This document shows positions 58,801 to 64,000 of a stretch of 64,000 nucleotides of DNA, piece by piece. Position 1 is the stretch's first letter; the number at the start of each line of letters is the position of its first letter. The stretch lies in IMG/VR virus record IMGVR_UViG_3300043466_002015, positions 1,462 through 65,461 of that record, one strand, 5' to 3'. The translations under genes were made by a program, and so were the position numbers. A model generated the notes under the pieces. It did no database searches, had not been told where the DNA came from, and saw only the letters and a list, made by a program, of their open reading frames with translations. This DNA comes from a virus. Lineage: Duplodnaviria; Caudoviricetes.

Positions 58801-61800
58801 CTTGATATCGGCTTTCTTTCCTGACTTCTTAGCATCTTCCAAAAGCCTGTTTTTTAGCGAGCTAAGCAAATCCGAAACGTAATCTTTCTCTGCTTTTTCC
58901 AGCAATTCCTTTTCATTTGGATTCTTACTAATCCAGTCATGAAGACCATTCCATGCTTTTGGGTCAATTCTCTTTATCGCATGAAACATTTCATGCAAGA
59001 ACAGACCCCACGTCATCGACTCTGATGGTCGGCTTTGCTCTTCCCACAAGGAATCCCAGTATTCCGTGTAAGACCGATCGAGCCAAATAGTCATAGACCT
59101 CGGATTGAACGTCCCTGGGGTTTTGAAGTTACCCCCTTCAATCAACCGCAAAGTAACTCCCATTTTCTCAAGAATGCTTTTCTGCTTCTCCTCAGCCGCT
59201 GTTAGCTCGCTCGGCAACAACTCTCTGGTTGTACCATCTGAAGATCTCATCTTCACTGGTATAGGCTCTTTGCCTTTTGCAGTGTCTTTAGCCGGAACAG
59301 GCTTTTCTTTGCGAGGCTTTGAAGGCTTTTCTTTTTGCAGAATGCTATTTAGCGAATCAACTACACTGGGATTTTCCAAAATCGCATCAATAGCATCCTT
59401 GCGATTAGCCGCTTTTACTCCCAGGCTTTTCGCAAGCGATTTGAGTTGTCTATCACTGCGACCTTCCAAGTAACCCCTCGGAGTCACTTGTTTTGCTGGC
59501 GACTTAGGTGTCTTGGCACTTGCTTTACCCGCTTCTACCTTCGATGGTTCCGACTTGGGCTTTGCCGTCGATGGCTCTTCAACAGCTGAAGACACTTCTT
59601 GCGAAATTGGCGCCTCTACAGGAGGTTCCTGGCGAACAACGTCGACTGTATTTTTTACTTGTACTTCCGCTTGTGCTGAAGGCTCTTGGCTCTCTCGCTT
59701 CGATCGTACTTGCTCTTGCCCAGACCCACGTAGATCTGCGCCGCCTTCTTCTTGTCGTACTTCCTCTTGAGGGCTTCGTATTGTGCTGGCATTTAATTCC
59801 TTTCTTATGGGTGGTTGTTGTGTGGTTTCAGGATTAAAAGAGTCTTGCAATACTTCTTGCGGAGCAGCTATTGCAGGTTGAGCCGCAGGAGCTGGCAATG
59901 AAGTCCACTTAATGCTATTAGCCTTAAGGGCAGCGTTGTTGGACGTAGATTGAACCGTCCCCATTCGCCTACCGGTGGTGATATCCAAAATGTCGCCATT
60001 AGACTGGACCTTAAACTTAGCCGTCGGATAGGACGACCACGTAAATTCCGCCCCTGCCTTGGCATTCTTGGCAAACTCTTGACGAACGCCAATAAGTTTC
60101 CTATCTATAGGATTTCCAAACTGATCTTGTGTAGCAACGACAACTTCCGCTGGATCAACTGGCTGTCGAGTCTTTGCCTTTTCGTACTTTGTCTTCGCTT
60201 TTGGATCAACGCGATACAGCTTCCCGTCGCTGCCTTGCTGAACAGTCCAGCTTGCAAACTTACTTGGAGGCGTGACATCCGTCTGCGGAGCAGCAACACC
60301 CTTTTCTGCAACTGGCGACGGAACTGGCTGTTGATCAGGCGACTTCATGCCTGCTGACGTTGTGTCAGAAGGAGTTGCGACTGTCGCTTTTTTCGTTACG
60401 GAAAACTCAATGTTGTCAACGCCATCGCTTCTGGACTTTTTGACTGGGCCAGCTTCATAGCCTCGCTGATTCAGTTCATCTGCTATTGCTGCGAGTTGCA
60501 ATTCTGAGGAACCATCCTTCTTATCGAAGGCAATTACTCGCCCTTGCTGAATACCGTAGTCTGCCGCGCTGCCAACGAATTGCTTCTGGCTAGCCTTGTA
60601 GTTTTCGGAAACTGGACCTTCTTTTCCAGTAGCCTTCCATGCTGCATCGGTGTATGCATCAAAGTTTGCAGACTGTAGCTCTGGCTGATCCACCTGCTGT
60701 TGCGGCAATGGCGCAGGAGACGGAGTTGCTGTCTTTTCGTACCGACCAAACTCCTTTTGAGCCTTATCAATACTTGGATATCTCGTCATCGAAACGACTT
60801 GACCAGAATCCATATCCGTTGATCGAATAATGCCGCCGCCTGCGTCCTCGGCCTCAAACAGCTCATACCGGACATTATCTTCGTCCGTGACCGACTTCGC
60901 ACGAACAACCGGAGTATCCATGATCTTTGTGCGTTCACCGATAGCGTCCACTGACCCTGTGTCAGCAACACCTGCGACCGGAGGCTCACCTACAGGAGCA
61001 GGAGCTTCTTCAGCAACAGGAATTGCCGGAACGGATCCTTGCTGCTGCGGCGGCAATGGTGAAGGTACTTTTCCCTGTTGCTGTGACGGCATCGGAGGCG
61101 GAACGACATCACCCTGCTGTTGTGGAGGAACAGGTGGAGAAACTTCACCCTGTTGCTGCGTCGGAAGCGGTGGAGGAATACCGGCAACTTCTTGCTGTCC
61201 TTTAGCAACAACTTCAGCAGGCAACCCTGTCTGCTCGGCTCCTATCTGCGCAGACTCTGCGGCTGCGTTACTCTCATTAGAGGTAGCGACTAATTCACGC
61301 GACTTAAGGTCTTCAATTTCTGCATCAAAACTAGCCGCCATTTCCTTGCGAGTCCCGACCTCGATACCAGCCTTCTTCGCGTCCTCCTTAGAGACAAAAC
61401 CCTTGGATCGCAATTGCTCCAGCTGTTCTCGCCTCGCTCTGATAGCCGCAGATGTAGCACCTGCAATACCAGGAGCACCAAGCATAAACACCAGCGGCAG
61501 CACGGAGTCACTTGCCTGCTGCCACCCCTTGCTGAAAGCCTCTCCTATCGACTTCTTCTTGGCATCTTTATCGAGGTATTGAGCCACATGCTCGCCAACA
61601 CCACTCGCGACCCCCTGAAGACCTTCTTCGGTTATCTCCCCTGGCAGGTTTTTTGCAGCCTGCCATAGATACTGGCGAGCGGCTTTGATAGCACCCTGCT
61701 TAAATGAAACATTGCCAACCTTCCACGGATTCGGGACTATACTCTCGATCAATCCCACAGCGGCAGCGGTTGTACCAGCAAGAGCACGCAGCACTACCCC

Positions 61801-62685
61801 ATCTTTCATACCAAGCTCTTTTAGCGAGTCAACCTCCTGAACATACTGAGGAGCCCATGAAGCAGCCGTAACACCAGCAGCACTCCCAATTCCCTCAAAC
61901 ACCCCCTTAGTAGTCACGCCCTTGAGACCAACAGCAGTCGGAACTTTCCCAACTGCGCCTGCGGCCTGGAAGGCTGTCTTAGCTCCAGGGACGCCAGCAG
62001 CAGCCGCTCTTCCAATCGCTGTACCAGCAACCTTGCCAACCGCTCCTCCAAGAACACCGCCCTGCCCCATCATTACCATACCAGGAGTCATCTCAGCAGC
62101 TTGCAATGCTCCCTGCTGATACCAAGGATCGTCTGGACGTGCAGGAGCGAACTCTTGAGATGCTGAATTTAACTTGCGAAGGTAATCGATTTCTTCCTGT
62201 GTTCCACCCAGCCCAGTAAGTTCCATGATAGGCTGCGCAACGCCAGATACACCACGATTAACGGCATCAATGGTTCGCGAAGCCATTCCACCTCGATCAT
62301 CACCAAACTGCTGTGCTATCCCAGGGGCTAGCCTCAATGCTTCTTCTCGCTGCTTAGGAGTCAGCTTGCGATAGGCTTCAAGTTGGTCGCTTCTGTTACC
62401 AGTACCTAGCAACATTCTAGTTGTCGCAACGTAAGTATCTGGATCGGTAAGCGAGGCTTTTTCGGCATAGGCTCGTTGGTTACGTCGCGCAACTACCGCA
62501 TCATTTGCTTCCGATTCCGCAAACATTTTTGCAAAGTCAGAATTGAAGCCAAATTCTTTCTTGCGACCGTCAACAAGTGCTTGCTCTCTGCCATCTAACG
62601 TAGTCGCTGTTTCCTTGGCAGGTTCCGCTGGCTCGCCACTAGCACTGGCTTCAGCACTCTTCATCATTTCTAAAAAATCACTCAT
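49858..62685 (-). CDS. Giant polyvalent virion/ejection protein (4275 aa)
   Basis: HEMFH metallopeptidase motif. Two ART-PolyVal-like domains (YHGS...FF...GYDG.I...F.P.QIKS). Repeated RYS/RAAVGR junctions. Confidence 0.8.
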   Translation of the reverse strand: MSDFLEMMKSAEASASGEPAEPAKETATTLDGREQALVDGRKKEFGFNSDFAKMFAESEANDAVVARRNQRAYAEKASLTDPDTYVATTRMLLGTGNRSDQLEAYRKLTPKQREEALRLAPGIAQQFGDDRGGMASRTIDAVNRGVSGVAQPIMELTGLGGTQEEIDYLRKLNSASQEFAPARPDDPWYQQGALQAAEMTPGMVMMGQGGVLGGAVGKVAGTAIGRAAAAGVPGAKTAFQAAGAVGKVPTAVGLKGVTTKGVFEGIGSAAGVTAASWAPQYVQEVDSLKELGMKDGVVLRALAGTTAAAVGLIESIVPNPWKVGNVSFKQGAIKAARQYLWQAAKNLPGEITEEGLQGVASGVGEHVAQYLDKDAKKKSIGEAFSKGWQQASDSVLPLVFMLGAPGIAGATSAAIRARREQLEQLRSKGFVSKEDAKKAGIEVGTRKEMAASFDAEIEDLKSRELVATSNESNAAAESAQIGAEQTGLPAEVVAKGQQEVAGIPPPLPTQQQGEVSPPVPPQQQGDVVPPPMPSQQQGKVPSPLPPQQQGSVPAIPVAEEAPAPVGEPPVAGVADTGSVDAIGERTKIMDTPVVRAKSVTDEDNVRYELFEAEDAGGGIIRSTDMDSGQVVSMTRYPSIDKAQKEFGRYEKTATPSPAPLPQQQVDQPELQSANFDAYTDAAWKATGKEGPVSENYKASQKQFVGSAADYGIQQGRVIAFDKKDGSSELQLAAIADELNQRGYEAGPVKKSRSDGVDNIEFSVTKKATVATPSDTTSAGMKSPDQQPVPSPVAEKGVAAPQTDVTPPSKFASWTVQQGSDGKLYRVDPKAKTKYEKAKTRQPVDPAEVVVATQDQFGNPIDRKLIGVRQEFAKNAKAGAEFTWSSYPTAKFKVQSNGDILDITTGRRMGTVQSTSNNAALKANSIKWTSLPAPAAQPAIAAPQEVLQDSFNPETTQQPPIRKELNASTIRSPQEEVRQEEGGADLRGSGQEQVRSKRESQEPSAQAEVQVKNTVDVVRQEPPVEAPISQEVSSAVEEPSTAKPKSEPSKVEAGKASAKTPKSPAKQVTPRGYLEGRSDRQLKSLAKSLGVKAANRKDAIDAILENPSVVDSLNSILQKEKPSKPRKEKPVPAKDTAKGKEPIPVKMRSSDGTTRELLPSELTAAEEKQKSILEKMGVTLRLIEGGNFKTPGTFNPRSMTIWLDRSYTEYWDSLWEEQSRPSESMTWGLFLHEMFHAIKRIDPKAWNGLHDWISKNPNEKELLEKAEKDYVSDLLSSLKNRLLEDAKKSGKKADIKGRLFAADHVRSAIEAAQAAGVTISDGTRFAADYTIKVLSDEDLRNEEGLSRYLEEKAGDFNFWDELGRDKPTLLAKIGRWVRKALRFAEPDTLAGQVRLAIESAMKENNIAPRSDQGQRASVGRSEFSPDNIKIEEVRAKDRPGKRVSKGLSAKKVKGKDVFEETEDLSLEYVKKKAPQVFIKNSNIIAAYPIVAGKKAFKKVISVEQAQEVYDVFVRESADNLNYILSEYKPELKNLSTLWYDGANAIANELAGRFKVSPEQAAGIIAAMSPQKDWYQNVRISELLLDAFEVNPSMTQDMVNYQKEVVRVAGINIVEAKVRKEEKAYKKSRTKKNKTALDTSKSDLSKAIIKADKVISMLEGYIGSKLSDVPQDVQPYMVRLYHEINTTKDYNVIAPDGSVIDVARNADGSKSRVAWGSFSEIGKAVSIRNDGSPENITRSLGVMHKIRNFYNNIIDPMSVDGDVTMDTHAIAAALLMPLSGASPQVSQNFGSGGVANSGPFGIKGLYYAFAEAYNLSAKENSLLPRQVQSATWDPVRGLFTDVFKSDKKNVAKIDGIWKGYQNGEFTIDETRRRVFEAAGGINDPTWARPVYSEPGEGVREEGVRKRGKRNGRDPVGSAAGSERAAVGRRSESTGDRDGRGRSSGGRYSPLEGAPIKQGATGPDPRLVDVAEQYARDNGIDLKRQAEYVQVDEARAKRIAQAYEDMPHAPDDPAVKEAYADLIRQTKAQYDALVEAGYTFTFYDGAADPYDGNPVAAMRDLRQNKTMAVYGTYDGYGTEGITKGAVDDNPMLADTGLKWNDQNGVERPVTANDLFRAVHDSFGHGLEGASFRARGEENAWQAHVRLFTGPAVGAITSETRGQNSWLNYGPYAEKNRTAKVLDTVFADQKTGLMPEWTWTEGRAADMEEMGDEGVRYSPGRQGKRKRDPEVTKAAQDLKAGLIDRDQYQRIVDMRMPLRKFDEVPIPASKKDMLRGLGDRKAGERLKRDLIQNSEDIAKGRLLETRLDIPAYDEENVWVVSLHEPRPDLNKGSAGRVVAYTPTSVLRNVTFGVTENAALNIAAGKPKSTIATMRGEYVPMTSQQAYKLAETNKDRWVEIGMNPVRHTYFYDKDTQTPVVSAEEVVQVGGMVLAKNPVLGRRDDYRYSSGRNNDAKYLAAVDQGDMAKAQRMVDAAAAGAGEFAGGVSPVLYHGSPHSNFYEFQIPSKGFNSTVFGSYEVSRNAAFFTTDEEAASRYREQGGRKGGSVRKFRVFGELLDWRNGITDAQFNTLVSKGVNSRWLDRKGASWELFDKEEDPDGTLVKAIQKMGYDGVIIKDTDGTSDFDAYVAFTPSQIKSSDAVTYDDSGNVVPLSKRFDETLPDVRYSPRRKPKDDILAALYKQLEEKGVIKPQVAGDRTTSIKNRKTDELRAESGLPPRVRPARESFEMWEEEARRRYPTAKDRLQLVAEVEKDPEQLGKIESAAIGQHIAYLDNQRRAGKDVFDELRRTIKAANIGGTEAGRALVSRKAERFSDYSLAGLVNEHFSVVGSDPTDAQMQEYSELANRIEKLEKDKVDLAKKLAKETIARKKAEADLPPKQNPPQEKIGTKRATLLKKVADGFAAFQNAWGGKGSDRAAVGRQDPMEGIYGFGFGSEDLPNPSSVSRNEWLRAYMPLMMKGLPDSNISDKDMEVLGSAFGDENPFSPGSKLMKMLDTWATQSGLQEINWGDGVRVLFEDRTKSTSMMLEQISKESGVGFNRDAFSDPADYKSLAKAFAKYLPKYVANNPDMGSDVKNLLETSKALLDPLEYAINVWEDSQQASTFDRAAVGRQTETSAFKKWFGDSKVVGDDGDPLVVYHGSPNANINNFKTWGWGESNAAFFSSDPDEAKHSRGKQNAVYPVYLSLKNPLILNAQDKKSVLGEVDQENELIGQSAADGYDGIIWKDALNDITTYAVFEPTQIKSATGNRGTFDPSNPDIRYSPGRQEPDIKSAAASLVATLREAGVSSMLELESQVNANMPDVTPEQMQVIRDAWEDSNKKDKVTSPIGANPQRADIAARAKELMRSAIELGYGAEKENWMDVVDVVHDQLSLEVPGIDKYDTMQAISDYGVWRELPPEQVEVIIRAVRGKARQSLKIEDALKAISQSNAWLKSGVSPEEVATRLRDQGLLPKATGQERATPDSIERDLIAEFNKLKKTLPVPAESREGQLKSALTTAKTAASNRLEMLDKDIASLQEAVDNRKELAKPVAEKSRLEPDAELASLRSQLEEKRRQRDELKAQYEKIFPDTSPKKGRKQLTDEQKIEASVKLLRRQIDAVKADVQSLIDGTWVAAGKSAELTSERKEELKSELASLRASQKQARQASPAYQAREEAKYWERYRKSQEKRLAFWMKRRDEAQAGRLPVPLQKRTITEKSIIQKNMEIEEAQYEAMIAIEKANRATWNAGQWIGQGVLEATSLIPKTLMLGMEMSFVLRQGFFYTYSQPMKAFSALVESMPAVFSQRLALASMENIESRANAQEYHLAGVDFTSATGPKAKLEEMYQSSIMQWLERTETKLLLPLRTWAKAYAMFERGNRTFSNIMKADMYDIQKRDTLAAREFFGTNTDWTDNDIKQVGRTVNIFSGRGTGLKGGNPWLDWLFLARRWTWSRIQADFIVPFQLATPQWIGQWNADRGMRVALAKLYIQAMVGHAAKMAAAYFAYSVLAGDDEEEKPTMEFDLRSSDALALKIGETRFKDEGGLMPAVVLAARLLTGEIKTGKGEIKSIYGADVDYGGKTAADFVINYGRYKLGTAPSAILEWISGRDAVGNVMTKTDIVKSRLTPLTWREIYAAESELGLKRGTLAALEAFFGVSVSTHGDETKYKKANETDRLKQFETDLKRMEWDSPDPPYKDLLTTDQMEKVKSQRDHKKQTVVYEAFVNPVRKNYKSDDSYKEAVEKRDKFLVEFKKSGLSYEESRKLLIDYWKRNYGSPYETKNGVSTLKEGITNRLRQLRKTLSGN

Positions 62686-62696
62686 ACTAAAAACCT

Positions 62697-63980
62697 TTAA
62701 TATCTTGGACCGCTAGCGTATTCACCAGTAGGATCTTTTGGTCGAGCAACATTGATAGCAGGTCTGGATTTTCGAACTATGTCGAGATAAGACACACCTC
62801 GCGACCGCAACAATGCAACCGCAGCTTGTTTTTCCTCAGTCGTAGAATCTGGGTTTAATCCAGTCATAATTGCATTCGCAACGTCAGTTGGTTGCCCTTT
62901 ATTCAAGAAATTCATTATGCCAGAAAACTCATTTTTCTGATCTGGAGTTTTAGCATTGCCAATCATCGTGTCAAAGAACTTTTTAATATTCTCAGGAGAG
63001 TACGTTGGAGCCTGAGAATTGACTGCCCCTGGGCTTCCTACAGCAGGAGCAGGCTCATTTACCATCGCTCCAGGCTGTGGAGCCTGCCCAGCAATAGCAG
63101 GCTCTTTTAAAAACCTAGGATCTATGTCTCCCCATGTTGGCTTGTAAATGCCTTGCCCGCCTACAGGCTGACCCTGACCACCGGTCGCAACTCCTGGCTT
63201 AGGTTTTGGCTCATATCCAGGCAAATATCCACCAGGGGGCTGAGCTACACCGCCAGACGGCGAAGGTGACGGAGCAGGAGCGGCAGCAGGAGGCTGCTGT
63301 TGTTGAGATGGAGGCATAGCCACTCCTTCAACAGGAGCGGTCGCTGAAGGTTCTTGCGGCAAGTAAGGAGGTAAGACCACGCCCCCAGACGGCGAGGCAG
63401 GCTGACCGCCTTGAGCATTGCTAGGCGATGCAGGACTAGGTGGACCCATCGGACCATCATTCCGTGGTATCGACCCTCGAGTTCTCTGGTACTCATCAGT
63501 ATCCCAAAGTTCCCTTGCCTTTGCCCAAACCTGATCCCGACTAGGCTTTTTAGTGGGGTCTTCAGGATCCACTAGCATCTTTTCAGCTTGATCCAAATAC
63601 CTATCTCTGTTTTTAGTATCCTGCAAACCAACGCTAGAATCTATCGGACCTTGCTGCTGCTCTGCCGCTGGCTTAATTTGTTCCCATTTGTCCTTTCCAG
63701 ACTGGATCCACTCTCTGCCACTGTCATCTACGTATGTCACTGGTTGCGGCGCGGGCTTAGGTGGCGGATCTCTTCTAAGCGCAGTGAGTTTAGCTCTGTC
63801 AGCCATAACTTTTTCGAGTGCTGCTTTTCTTTGTGTTGCGTCTAAGTTTGGATTAGTCATCGCCCTTGACTCGTCCAAGATGTTTTGCTGCAAAGCTCTG
63901 GCTGTGACTTGGTCGTACTCGCCATTCTCAATTGCCTGCATAATGAATCCGTGCTCTTGCTGCTGCGCCCTATCCATCAT
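62697..63980 (-). CDS. Pro/Gln-rich putative internal virion protein, probably extends past the window edge
   Basis: Immediately upstream of the giant protein. The frame is still open at 64000. Confidence 0.55.
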   Translation of the reverse strand: MMDRAQQQEHGFIMQAIENGEYDQVTARALQQNILDESRAMTNPNLDATQRKAALEKVMADRAKLTALRRDPPPKPAPQPVTYVDDSGREWIQSGKDKWEQIKPAAEQQQGPIDSSVGLQDTKNRDRYLDQAEKMLVDPEDPTKKPSRDQVWAKARELWDTDEYQRTRGSIPRNDGPMGPPSPASPSNAQGGQPASPSGGVVLPPYLPQEPSATAPVEGVAMPPSQQQQPPAAAPAPSPSPSGGVAQPPGGYLPGYEPKPKPGVATGGQGQPVGGQGIYKPTWGDIDPRFLKEPAIAGQAPQPGAMVNEPAPAVGSPGAVNSQAPTYSPENIKKFFDTMIGNAKTPDQKNEFSGIMNFLNKGQPTDVANAIMTGLNPDSTTEEKQAAVALLRSRGVSYLDIVRKSRPAINVARPKDPTGEYASGPRY

Positions 63981-64000
63981 GGCTTGATTGCGTCTTGCCT

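Overview
This window holds most of a tailed dsDNA phage genome, probably podovirus-like and circularly permuted. A Planctomycete host is inferred, not shown. On the minus strand, 1-20.7 kb is morphogenesis (terminase, portal, scaffold, capsid, tail and fibre genes), 36-49.8 kb is replication, recombination and a putative lysis region, and 49.9-64 kb holds ejection proteins, including a 4275-aa polyvalent protein. A plus-strand early operon of small unknown genes at 28.2-35.8 kb ends in csrA and a RimI-like acetyltransferase. Three things stand out. (1) Two integrase-less arrays of integron-type attC cassettes (24.1-25.2 kb and 41.3-43.0 kb) sit inside phage operons. Their genes are all antisense to the attC orientation, with stop codons in R' and starts inside the attC. 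(2) The early operon carries a type II hammerhead ribozyme plus four covarying copies of an unassigned pseudoknot motif in the same post-stop-codon position, a candidate new ribozyme or processing element. (3) Two tandem tRNA-like RNAs have greatly expanded anticodon arms. All calls come from manual motif reading, and no database searches were run.
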